Assembly: GCA_001804345.1 (NCBI GenBank)
Contig: MHFU01000026.1
Location: 1-39,813, forward strand
Direction: 5' to 3'
Origin: Omnitrophica bacterium RIFOXYB12_FULL_50_7
Lineage (GTDB): Bacteria; Omnitrophota; Omnitrophia; Omnitrophales; Aquincolibacteriaceae
Length of the DNA stretch: 39,813 nt
Shown here: one piece after another, positions 31,502 to 39,813 of the stretch
How the letters are laid out: each line of letters begins with the position of its first letter
How positions within the stretch are numbered: the first letter of the stretch is position 1
Made by a program: the position numbers and the translations under genes
The notes under the pieces: model-generated
Database searches by the model: none
What the model saw: only the letters and a program-made list of their open reading frames with translations
Told to the model about the DNA's origin: nothing

Positions 31502-34500
31502 ATGAAGACAGAAAAATTGCCATCTATTCAAGACGGGCAGAGCTTGGGACGGGGGCTTGTATTCAAGAGATTTTTTACAAAGCCGGACGTGCATCCGCTG
31601 GATGAAGTCAAATACGTCAAGCGCAGTTCCGTTATCACGAATCCCGACGGCTCGGTTGTTTTCAAGATGGAGAACGTGGAAGTTCCCGAGAGCTGGAGCC
31701 AGCTCGCGACCGATATTATTGTTTCAAAATATTTCCGGAAGGCGGGAGTTCCTGAAACAGGTTCTGAGGTGAGCGCGCGGCAGGTGGTGTACCGCATTGC
31801 CCATTCGATCCGGATTGCGGGTGAAAAACTTGGCGGCTATTTTAAAACGGCGGGAGATGCGCAGGTCTTTGAAGAAGAATTGCTGCATTTATTGATCCAT
31901 CAGAAATGCGCCTTTAATTCCCCCGTGTGGTTTAATTGTGGGATGGATCTTTACGGGATTAAGGGGAGCGGCGGTAATTTTTATTGGGATCCGGCAACCG
32001 ACGCGATCCGTCAAGCCACGGATTCTTATTCCAGCCCGCAATGCTCTGCCTGTTTCATTCAGTCCGTGGACGATAACCTAATGTCTATTTTCGATCTGAT
32101 CAAGAATGAAGCCCGGCTTTTTAAATATGGCTCCGGGACCGGGACGAACTTTTCGAAGCTCCGCGGTCGCCAGGAAAAGTTATCAAGCGGCGGGACCTCC
32201 TCAGGGCTTATGTCGTTTTTAGAAGTGCTGGACCGGGGCGCGGGTGCGACGAAATCCGGAGGGACCACGCGGCGTGCGGCAAAGATGGTGTGTCTGGATC
32301 TCGATCATCCCGAAATTATGGATTTCATCAACTGGAAGGTTCGCGAGGAAAAGAAGGTTGCCGCGCTGATCGCGGCCGGGTATTCCTCGGACTTCAATGG
32401 AGAAGCCTACAAAACAGTCGCGGGACAGAACTCGAATAATTCGGTGAGGATCACCGATGAGTTCATGCGTGCTTATTTGAATGACGGAAAATGGCAGACG
32501 CGTTTTCGCACCACCGGTGATATTTGCGAAACTTTTCAGGCCAAGGATCTGATGGATCAGATCGCTTTTGCCGCCTGGGCATGTGCCGATCCAGGCGTTC
32601 AGTTCGACACTACGATCAATGATTGGCATACCTGCGCCAATACCGACCGCATTCACGCTTCCAACCCCTGCTCGGAATACATGTTTCTGGATAATTCGGC
32701 GTGCAACCTGTCTTCCATCAATGTCATGAAATATCTGCGGCCGGACGGGACTTTTGATGTCGAGGGGTTTCGTCACACCACGCGTGTTTTCATTACGGCG
32801 ATGGATATTCTGGTGGATTACGCATCGTACCCGACCGAACAGATCGCCCGGAATAGTCACGTCTATCGGCCGCTCGGGATTGGTTATGCCAATCTTGGAA
32901 GCCTTCTCATGGTTAGCGGCATTCCCTACGATAGCCCGCAAGCGTCCGCGATTTGTAGCGCGCTCACTGGCGTCTTGACGGGGCATGCCTATCGAACTTC
33001 CGCGGAGATCGCATCCTCCAAGAGCCCATTCGCCGATTACAAAAAAAATGAAAGTTCGATGGTGCGTGTAATCGAAAAACATCGTGCGGCAGCGCACAAA
33101 ATCCCGGCCGAATACTGCTGGCAAGATATCCTGGTGGCGGCGCATGAAGATTGGGAAGATGCCTTCGAGATCGGAAAGCTTTATGGCTATCGCAACGCAC
33201 AGGTCTCCGTGATCGCTCCCACCGGCACGATTGGGCTTCTCATGGACTGTGATACGACCGGGATCGAGCCGGATTTCGCGCTCGTGAAGTTCAAGAAACT
33301 TGCCGGCGGCGGCTATTTCAAGATTATCAATCAAGGTGTTCCCGCGGCTCTTCAAAGACTCGGATACTCCGAAAGTGAAACGCAGAATATCATCGAATAT
33401 ATTCAAGGCACTTCCCGTCTCGAAGGGACTCCATGGATCAATCGAACGACTTTAGCGGCGAAAGGTTTTACGAGCGCCGAACTGGATAAGATTGACTCCC
33501 TGTTGCCGTCAGTTTTTGATCTCAGCTTTGCTTTCACGAAATGGACGCTTGGGGAAGATGCCCTGAAGCGGCTGGGGTTCAAGCCTGAAGATTACAACCA
33601 TCTCCGGTTCAATGTGCTTGAAGCACTTGGCTTTTCAAAGATGGAGATCGAAGAGGCCAACGACGTGGTTTGTGGCAGGATGACAATCGAAGGCGCGCCG
33701 CTTCTCAAGCCCGAGCACTTACCGGTTTTTGATTGTGCGAACCGGTGCGGGAAACACGGGAGACGGTTTATTGAACCCATGACGCATGTGCGGATGATGG
33801 CCGCGGCACAGCCGTTCATTTCCGGGGCCATTTCCAAGACCGTTAATCTTCCGCATGAGAGTACGGTCGAAGAGATCGAAAAAATCTACGTGGAAGCCTG
33901 GAAAATGGGGCTTAAAGCCGTGGCGCTTTACCGGGACGGTTCTAAATTGTCGCAACCGCTTAATACCAAGTCCGGTGATTCGGCCTCCGATAAAAAATCC
34001 GAAAAAAAGAACGAACTCCAAGCTGCACATCCTCCGGTTTTGCAGCGCAAGCGCTTGCCCAAAAAACGCGCGGGGATTACAGTCGAATCCCGTGTGGGGG
34101 GCCAAAAGATCTATCTCCGGACAGGAGAATATCCGGACGGAACGATCGGCGAGATCTTTGTCGATATGCACAAAGAAGGTGCCGCGTTTCGCTCCATGAT
34201 GAACTGTTTTGCGATTGCTGTGTCACTCGGGCTTCAGTACGGCGTGCCGCTTGAGGAGTTTGTGAATGTTTTTACGTTCACGCGTTTTGAGCCGCAGGGA
34301 CTTGTCGATCATCCGAATATCAAGCTCTCCACCTCAATCGTGGATTATCTTTTCCGCGTGCTTGGCATGGAGTATCTTGGAATGACGGAATTTGTGCAGA
34401 TCCCTCCCAAGCCCGAGGACCTTCAGATCAATAAAAAAACAGTTTCGGCCGCTCTTCAGGCACCCATGATCGAAATTGCTACTCCTGCCCAAGACATGGT

Positions 34501-34675
34501 TCCGCCGGTGAGTACTGTCAAAAAGAACACGTCTCTTGCTGCTGCCGGAGCGAACGAACATCTCTCGAATATGATGGGGGATGCGCCTTTTTGCACGAAC
34601 TGCGGCCACGTGACCGTGCGAAGCGGCTCCTGCTATAAATGTCTCAACTGCGGCAATAGCATGGGATGTTCTTGA
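31502..34675 (+). CDS. nrdJ: Class II (adenosylcobalamin-dependent) ribonucleotide reductase NrdJ
   Basis: 1057 aa. RNR core motifs SNPCSEY, CNLSSIN and GIGYANLG. C-terminal Cys-rich zinc ribbon CTNCGH...CYKCLNCGNSMGCS is typical of long NrdJ. Confidence 0.93.
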   Translation: MKTEKLPSIQDGQSLGRGLVFKRFFTKPDVHPLDEVKYVKRSSVITNPDGSVVFKMENVEVPESWSQLATDIIVSKYFRKAGVPETGSEVSARQVVYRIAHSIRIAGEKLGGYFKTAGDAQVFEEELLHLLIHQKCAFNSPVWFNCGMDLYGIKGSGGNFYWDPATDAIRQATDSYSSPQCSACFIQSVDDNLMSIFDLIKNEARLFKYGSGTGTNFSKLRGRQEKLSSGGTSSGLMSFLEVLDRGAGATKSGGTTRRAAKMVCLDLDHPEIMDFINWKVREEKKVAALIAAGYSSDFNGEAYKTVAGQNSNNSVRITDEFMRAYLNDGKWQTRFRTTGDICETFQAKDLMDQIAFAAWACADPGVQFDTTINDWHTCANTDRIHASNPCSEYMFLDNSACNLSSINVMKYLRPDGTFDVEGFRHTTRVFITAMDILVDYASYPTEQIARNSHVYRPLGIGYANLGSLLMVSGIPYDSPQASAICSALTGVLTGHAYRTSAEIASSKSPFADYKKNESSMVRVIEKHRAAAHKIPAEYCWQDILVAAHEDWEDAFEIGKLYGYRNAQVSVIAPTGTIGLLMDCDTTGIEPDFALVKFKKLAGGGYFKIINQGVPAALQRLGYSESETQNIIEYIQGTSRLEGTPWINRTTLAAKGFTSAELDKIDSLLPSVFDLSFAFTKWTLGEDALKRLGFKPEDYNHLRFNVLEALGFSKMEIEEANDVVCGRMTIEGAPLLKPEHLPVFDCANRCGKHGRRFIEPMTHVRMMAAAQPFISGAISKTVNLPHESTVEEIEKIYVEAWKMGLKAVALYRDGSKLSQPLNTKSGDSASDKKSEKKNELQAAHPPVLQRKRLPKKRAGITVESRVGGQKIYLRTGEYPDGTIGEIFVDMHKEGAAFRSMMNCFAIAVSLGLQYGVPLEEFVNVFTFTRFEPQGLVDHPNIKLSTSIVDYLFRVLGMEYLGMTEFVQIPPKPEDLQINKKTVSAALQAPMIEIATPAQDMVPPVSTVKKNTSLAAAGANEHLSNMMGDAPFCTNCGHVTVRSGSCYKCLNCGNSMGCS

Positions 34676-34678
34676 AGC

Positions 34679-34742
34679 AGTAGGTAGTAGGTGGTATGTA
34701 GGATGTCGCTTAAGTTTTTCTACCTATCACCTTCCACATACT
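34679..34742 (+). repeat. Long imperfect hairpin (GTAGG / CCTAC-type words) after nrdJ
   Basis: 34689-34703 pairs with 34718-34732 (12 Watson-Crick pairs, 2 G-U, 1 mismatch). Outer pairing extends to 34679/34742. Strand-asymmetric: GT-rich arm then CA-rich arm. Confidence 0.55.
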
Positions 34743-34856
34743 CCATACGTTATCTACGTTTTCTGGCTCTTTGAAGAAAAATGCAGTAGAATTTCCGCCT
34801 ATGAAGTACTTCCTTGAAAGACATCATCGTTTTTCTGTGAGATTCTCCATCCTCCC

Positions 34857-36632
34857 ATGACTTCCCACGAACCCATTGAAGCGACCGAAAAACTTTTTAC
34901 GCGTACCCGCCGCTCGCGGTTTTATCGGGATTGGATCCGTGGTGGGTCTTACTTCCTGATCCTCAGCATTTTCACATTTCTTTTGGGAACGCACAAGCTG
35001 GATCGTTTCGAGGATCTCGTCCGCGACAGTTTCCTCAAACATGTGACCTGGGGGCAAGCCCATCCGGCTATTGTTCTGATCGAGATCTCCGAAGCAGCTT
35101 TAGAGGAGGTGGGTCCCTGGCCGTGGCCACGGAGCTATCACGCGATCATGGCGCGTCTTTTGAGCGAATGGAAGGCGGCTGCGGTCGTTTTTGATCTTGA
35201 CCTGTCCGAGCCGACCGATCCCAAAAACGATCAGGATTTGGCTCAATCCCTGGCGAAGGTTGAAATCCCCTTCTATCTCCCGGTGGATCTGAAACCTCAA
35301 AAAGAGAAAAAATTCTGGGTTCATGGGATGCCTGTCGTGCTGGAGACTGGCGAGGGCAAGAGGAGTTGGATCCACGCGATGCAGGAGTTTGAAAAAAAAG
35401 CACGAGCGGCCGGCCACAGTTATCTTGTCCCCGACACGGACGGCACTCTGAGGAGGTTTGATCCTTTCATCACGGAGGGAAAAGAGGGACATCTTTTTCT
35501 TCCGCTTTGCGTGGCGTTCGACCAAATGGGAAAAACCATCCCGTCGCCTCAAGAAAGGAAGCGACTCGAAGATCCTCAGGGAAAGATTCTTATTCCCTGG
35601 AGCGGGGCATGGGATCGCGGGTTTACGCGTTACAGTTACGCGGATCTGGTCCACAGTTTTTATGCGATCCAGAAAGGGACGCGACCGGTCATCGATCCCG
35701 CACGGATCGCCGGGAAGATCTGTCTTGTTGGGCCCACGACGTCGGGCGCGACGGAACTGAAGGTCACGCCCCTTAATATTGCATACGCAAGGATCGGTGT
35801 TTACGCACAAGTTCTGAATGCGGCATTGACCGGGAACTGGGTGCGTCCGGTTTCATTCCTTGGAAATGTCATTTGTCTTTTAGGGAGCGGCTGTTTAGCC
35901 ACGGTCTTATTTGTCACGCTGAGCGGCGCGTGGTCGCTCGTTGCGGGGCTTTTGCTTGTCGTGGGATGGTTTGCGTTTTGCTTCGGAGTTTTTGCAACGT
36001 GGCATTTATGGTTCTATGCGGTCTATCCAATCCTGCTCATGCTTTGCTTGTTTATTTTTTCAGCGATCTATGTCCAGGTCATCGCGACGCGGGAAAAATC
36101 TCATCTCTTTCATCTCGCCACGCGAGACGGCCTGACCGAGCTTTATGTGATCCGTCATTTTCGATTGATCATGAACCAGATCGTGCGCGAAGCAAGCATT
36201 CGTAAACAGTCCTTGTCGGTCATTTTGCTCGACATCGATAACTTTAAAAAGATCAACGACACCTACGGTCATCCCGCAGGGGATATGGTTCTCAAAAGAA
36301 CGGCCGCGCTGATTCTCTCTTTCATCCGGAAACGCCGGCCTTTTCGGGAGATCGATTTTGCAGCTCGCTACGGAGGTGAAGAATTCATTGTCATGCTTCG
36401 GAAGGTCGGTCTTCAAGAGGCGGCAGAGATCGTGGCCGAGCGTATCAGGAAAAAAATCGAAGAAACAAAGTTTGAATGGGAAGGAAAGCCAATCCCGATC
36501 ACGGTCAGTCTCGGCGTTTCAGTTCTTCATCCGGGGGAGAATGTCCCCGATCCCATGGTCCATCGTGCCGATGCAGCCCTTTATAAAGCCAAGGAAGCCG
36601 GGAAAAATCGCGTTTGTGCGGAAGGCGGATAA
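34857..36632 (+). CDS. CHASE2 sensor domain / GGDEF diguanylate cyclase
   Basis: Extracytoplasmic N-terminal domain followed by about 3 TM helices. C-terminal GGDEF domain with RYGGEEF and I-site REID five residues upstream. Confidence 0.85.
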   Translation: MTSHEPIEATEKLFTRTRRSRFYRDWIRGGSYFLILSIFTFLLGTHKLDRFEDLVRDSFLKHVTWGQAHPAIVLIEISEAALEEVGPWPWPRSYHAIMARLLSEWKAAAVVFDLDLSEPTDPKNDQDLAQSLAKVEIPFYLPVDLKPQKEKKFWVHGMPVVLETGEGKRSWIHAMQEFEKKARAAGHSYLVPDTDGTLRRFDPFITEGKEGHLFLPLCVAFDQMGKTIPSPQERKRLEDPQGKILIPWSGAWDRGFTRYSYADLVHSFYAIQKGTRPVIDPARIAGKICLVGPTTSGATELKVTPLNIAYARIGVYAQVLNAALTGNWVRPVSFLGNVICLLGSGCLATVLFVTLSGAWSLVAGLLLVVGWFAFCFGVFATWHLWFYAVYPILLMLCLFIFSAIYVQVIATREKSHLFHLATRDGLTELYVIRHFRLIMNQIVREASIRKQSLSVILLDIDNFKKINDTYGHPAGDMVLKRTAALILSFIRKRRPFREIDFAARYGGEEFIVMLRKVGLQEAAEIVAERIRKKIEETKFEWEGKPIPITVSLGVSVLHPGENVPDPMVHRADAALYKAKEAGKNRVCAEGG

Positions 36633-36758
36633 TCTGTCCCGTTTCTTTTTTCTCCCCGGTTTATTAATCCGTAATGGAATTTTTTTGCCAAAGGAATCCT
36701 GAGGGGATCTGATGAAGAAGGCGATTTGTGAAAAGATAGCTCAAGAGGTGTTCTCTTA

Positions 36759-37919
36759 ATGCGAAAAATCAACCTTCTTTATGTGGTTACCCAGTTGGAG
36801 CTAGGCGGCGCACAGAAGCAGCTTCTCAGTTTGATCAGACGGATCGATAGAGACCGTTATAACCTTTTTCTATTTACCGCTCAGGAAGGATTGCTTATGG
36901 AAGAGGCTCTGTCCCTAAGGGATCTGACCCTCTACAAATCCAGACATTTAAAGCGACCGATTAACTTTCCGGAAGATCTTCTGGCGATGATTGAGATGGT
37001 GAGGGTTATTAAAAAGAACAAGATTGATATCGTCCATACGCATAGCTCCAAGGCCGGCATTTTGGGCCGGTGGGCTGGGGCCTTGGCTAAAGCAAAAATC
37101 ATTATTCACACTGTCCACGGATGGTCTTTCAACGATTTTCAAAGGCCGCTTGTTCGGAAATTCTATGTTGGACTCGAAAGGATGAGCTCGAAAGTCACAA
37201 ACAGGTTCATCGTTGTATCAAACCATGACAGGCAAAAAGGGTTGGATTACAAGATAGGGGCAGAAGGTCAATATTCCTTGGTGCGCTACGGTATCGATAG
37301 AATCCAATTCAGCATGAGGGATTCCTCAATCCGAAAAGAGCTTGGGATTAGCGATGACGCGCGGGTGGTTGGAACGATCGCCTGCTTTAAGCCTCAAAAG
37401 GCGCTAGAAGATTTTGTGCAGCTTGCTTTTTTGACGAGTCAGGTTTTTCCTCAAGCCAGATTTTTGGTGGTAGGGGATGGTGTTCTTCGCAAGAAGATCG
37501 AGAAATTGATCGAAAAATTTAATTTAGGCTTCCAATTCATTTTGACGGGGTGGCGGAGAGATATCCCCAGAGTTTTGTCTTCGATGGATGTTTTTGTGCT
37601 GACATCTCTCTGGGAAGGCTTGCCGATTGCAGTCTTGGAAGCGATGGTAAGCCAGGTGCCGGTTGTGGCAACCAACACGGGAGGCATTTCTGAAATAATC
37701 ACGGAAGGGGAGACGGGATTTCTTGTGCCTTGCCACGACATGCCGTCTATGCTAGAAAAGATACTCGCTCTTTTGCGAAACACTTCATTTAAAAATCGTA
37801 TCATCCAAAATGCGAAGCAACGCGTTGATGAAAAATTCGACACGGAAACCATGGTAAAAGCCCACGAAGAGTTATATCAAGAATTAGCCGAAGCCAAAGG
37901 ATTGGCGTATGCTGGCTAG
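36759..37919 (+). CDS. Glycosyltransferase family 4 (GT-B fold)
   Basis: N-terminal LGGAQKQLL and C-terminal SLWEGLPIAVLEAMVSQVPVVATNTGGISEII.EGETGFLV (EX7E-type motif). Confidence 0.85.
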   Translation: MRKINLLYVVTQLELGGAQKQLLSLIRRIDRDRYNLFLFTAQEGLLMEEALSLRDLTLYKSRHLKRPINFPEDLLAMIEMVRVIKKNKIDIVHTHSSKAGILGRWAGALAKAKIIIHTVHGWSFNDFQRPLVRKFYVGLERMSSKVTNRFIVVSNHDRQKGLDYKIGAEGQYSLVRYGIDRIQFSMRDSSIRKELGISDDARVVGTIACFKPQKALEDFVQLAFLTSQVFPQARFLVVGDGVLRKKIEKLIEKFNLGFQFILTGWRRDIPRVLSSMDVFVLTSLWEGLPIAVLEAMVSQVPVVATNTGGISEIITEGETGFLVPCHDMPSMLEKILALLRNTSFKNRIIQNAKQRVDEKFDTETMVKAHEELYQELAEAKGLAYAG

Positions 37920-38889
37920 CTTCGTCGGGGTTCTGGGAGTCATTTTTTTATTATCCGTGCTGTTTTTATTGCTGATCAAAGAAGCTTCTCACCGGTGGCA
38001 TTTTTTGACTTCCAAAGGTGTTCCTTCGATCGGGGGGATCAGCATGGGGCTGGCTTTCTTTGCGGGTTTTCTGTTGATCGGGCCCTCGGTTGTCAGTCTT
38101 CCCCGGGAGATCCAAGGGATCTTGATCGCTTCGGTCGTCATGCTTATCGCCGGTATTTTTGATGACCAGAGGGATTTGTCCGTGATCCAGAAATTTGTAG
38201 TGCAGTTGGTCGCCGCGTCTATTCTGGTAGGGTTTGGCGTGAGGACAAACTTTGTTTATGTGGGTGATTTGCTGAATCTTGTCGTGTCCCTCTTGTGGAT
38301 CATCGGGATTACAAATGCCGTGAATCTGCTGGATGTGATGGATGGGTTGGCGGGTGGGACGTCGCTCGTGGTTCTCTCCGGATTCGTTGTTATTTCTGCC
38401 ATGAACGGGGACAGTTTAACCTTGACCCTTTCCTGCGTTTTGGGTGGAACTGTTTTGGGTTTTTGGGTCTTCAATGTTCCTTCGGCGAAAGTTTACATGG
38501 GGAACAGCGGGAGTCACTTTTTAGGACTCGTGCTGGCGGCGATCGCCCTTACGGCGCGCTACGCGACGCTTGAAAGGACCGTGGCGCTTCTTGCCCCCAT
38601 GCTTCTATTGGGATTCCCAATTCTCGATACGCTGTTCCTCATCTTGATGCGTATTCGAAAAGGAAGGTCGGCATTCAATAAAAGCGAGGATCACATGGCG
38701 TTGAGATTTTTAAAAAAAGGATATTCGAAACAGAGAACCCTGGTTTTGATGATGGGGTGGACCCTTTTTTTTGTTATCGGCGGGATCCTTTTGAGCCAGG
38801 TTTCCAATCTTTCTGCGATCATAACGCTTGTCTCGATGGGGCTGGGGAGTCTCATTTTAACTAGAAAAATGAGCCGGGTGCAAATTTGA
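37909..38889 (+). CDS. Polyprenyl-phosphate sugar-1-phosphate transferase (WecA/MraY family)
   Basis: Polytopic membrane protein with DDxxD-like FDDQRDL and NAVNLLDVMDGLAGG motifs. Overlaps the GT4 gene stop. Confidence 0.85.
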   Translation: MLASFVGVLGVIFLLSVLFLLLIKEASHRWHFLTSKGVPSIGGISMGLAFFAGFLLIGPSVVSLPREIQGILIASVVMLIAGIFDDQRDLSVIQKFVVQLVAASILVGFGVRTNFVYVGDLLNLVVSLLWIIGITNAVNLLDVMDGLAGGTSLVVLSGFVVISAMNGDSLTLTLSCVLGGTVLGFWVFNVPSAKVYMGNSGSHFLGLVLAAIALTARYATLERTVALLAPMLLLGFPILDTLFLILMRIRKGRSAFNKSEDHMALRFLKKGYSKQRTLVLMMGWTLFFVIGGILLSQVSNLSAIITLVSMGLGSLILTRKMSRVQI

Positions 38890-39813
38890 GACCTCAAAAG
38901 AGGATCCTTATTTTAGGGGCCGGGATCGCGGGGCTAAGCGCGGCATGGCATTTACGGCAGAAAGGTGTTCCTTGTCTCGTTTTTGAAAAGGAAGAGGAGG
39001 TGGGGGGCCTTTGTCGTTCCAAGAGGATCCGTGGTTTTACTTTTGATTACAGTGGCCACCTGCTGCATTTTAAGAACCCTTATGTTTTTAACCTTGTGAG
39101 GAGGTTGCTGGGGGAACGGTTCGTCAAACACGAGAGGAGCGCGTGGGTCTCCGTTTGCGGCCGCTACACGCGTTATCCTTTTCAAGCGAATCTTTTTGGT
39201 CTCCCGCCTCGGGTCATCAAGGAATGTCTCGAGGGATTTATTCGTGCTCAAAAAAGAAGACGCGAAGGATCTATAAAAAAGCCCATGAATTTTTCGCAAT
39301 GGACCCGCCAAACTTTTGGTGTGGGCATTGCGCGTTATTTCATGGACCCTTACAACACCAAGTTTTGGACCGTTTCGCCTAACGAGCTGACGTGCGAATG
39401 GCTGGACGGGATGGTCCCCGTTCCTTCCTTGCGGCAGGTTGTTGAGGGTGCGAAAAAAGAAAGCACGCGGCTGTTAGGTTATAACGCCAGTTTTTGGTAT
39501 CCCAGGAGGGGCGGGATCGAACAGCTTCCCAGGGTATTTTCGAAATCACTGGAGAATATCTACACCGGGAGCAAAATATCCCGGATCGATCTCGACAAGA
39601 AAGAGATCAGAATGTCTTCCGGAAGAAGAGAGAAGTATGACGTGCTGATCTCAACGATCCCCCTCCCTGAAATGTCTCATTTGGCGCGGGATTTGCCCCA
39701 AGAGGTTTACGCGGCCTTTCAGAAATTGCGCTGGAATTCCATTTTTAATCTGAATTTAGGTATAAGCCCGAGCCGCGACGCTTTGAAGCGGCACTGGATT
39801 TATTTTCCTCAAC
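38886..39813 (+). CDS. FAD-dependent oxidoreductase (amine oxidase / UDP-galactopyranose mutase-like); 3' end runs off the window
   Basis: Absent from the ORF track because it has no stop in the window. TTG 38886 overlaps the upstream TGA. Dinucleotide-binding ILILGAGIAGLSAAWHL...VFEKEEEVGGLCRS. Reading frame stays open to 39813. Confidence 0.7.
   Translation, partial: MRPQKRILILGAGIAGLSAAWHLRQKGVPCLVFEKEEEVGGLCRSKRIRGFTFDYSGHLLHFKNPYVFNLVRRLLGERFVKHERSAWVSVCGRYTRYPFQANLFGLPPRVIKECLEGFIRAQKRRREGSIKKPMNFSQWTRQTFGVGIARYFMDPYNTKFWTVSPNELTCEWLDGMVPVPSLRQVVEGAKKESTRLLGYNASFWYPRRGGIEQLPRVFSKSLENIYTGSKISRIDLDKKEIRMSSGRREKYDVLISTIPLPEMSHLARDLPQEVYAAFQKLRWNSIFNLNLGISPSRDALKRHWIYFPQ

Noticed and set aside
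32219-33406. 395-aa ORF on the minus strand
   Set aside because: It lies entirely antisense within nrdJ, whose frame carries unmistakable RNR motifs. The antisense translation is Arg/Gly/Pro-rich with no recognisable domain.
35100-35810. 236-aa minus-strand ORF
   Set aside because: It is antisense to the CHASE2 domain of the GGDEF gene. It is an Arg/Pro-rich shadow ORF.

Overview
This is about 39.8 kb of bacterial chromosome, probably from an uncultivated lineage, and most genes are on the + strand. All functional calls come from motifs read by eye in the supplied translations; no searches were run.

Gene content, left to right:
- A truncated ORF6N/KilA-N-like gene and a secreted Nuc-type PLD nuclease.
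- An RluA-family pseudouridine synthase, a small Cys-rich ORF and an ICMT-family methyltransferase.
- A tandem PilZ duplication.
- Citrate synthase, an ATP-grasp-like protein and a DUF2203 protein.
- A large phosphate locus: phoR-phoB (minus strand), a porin, pstS-pstC-pstA, two different pstB genes, phoU, and a DUF47-PiT pair.
- A minus-strand inositol-lipid operon: inositol-3-phosphate synthase, a CDP-alcohol phosphatidyltransferase and a hypothetical envelope protein.
- A tRNA-binding-domain protein and a DUF1015 protein.
- A folate/one-carbon block: pabB, pabC, purH, folC, mnmE.
- nrdJ preceded by NrdR boxes.
- A CHASE2-GGDEF cyclase.
- The start of a glycan cluster: a GT4 glycosyltransferase, a WecA/MraY-like transferase and a partial FAD oxidoreductase.

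No rRNA, tRNA, CRISPR array or transposase was recognised.

Most unusual signals:
1. The window is dense with long hairpin (REP/RPE-like) elements. There are two recurring families, built on GGGGACAGGC and GGGGAACG words, plus several unique long hairpins. At least four palindromes sit in frame inside coding sequences (pabB, pabC, folC and a hypothetical gene).
2. The two PstB ATPases carry complementary degenerate motifs, which predicts a heterodimer with one consensus and one degenerate ATP site.
3. TTTACA-type Pho boxes precede the porin gene and pstS.
4. A PilZ gene plus its promoter is duplicated, and the second copy has lost its ATG through a 1-nt deletion.
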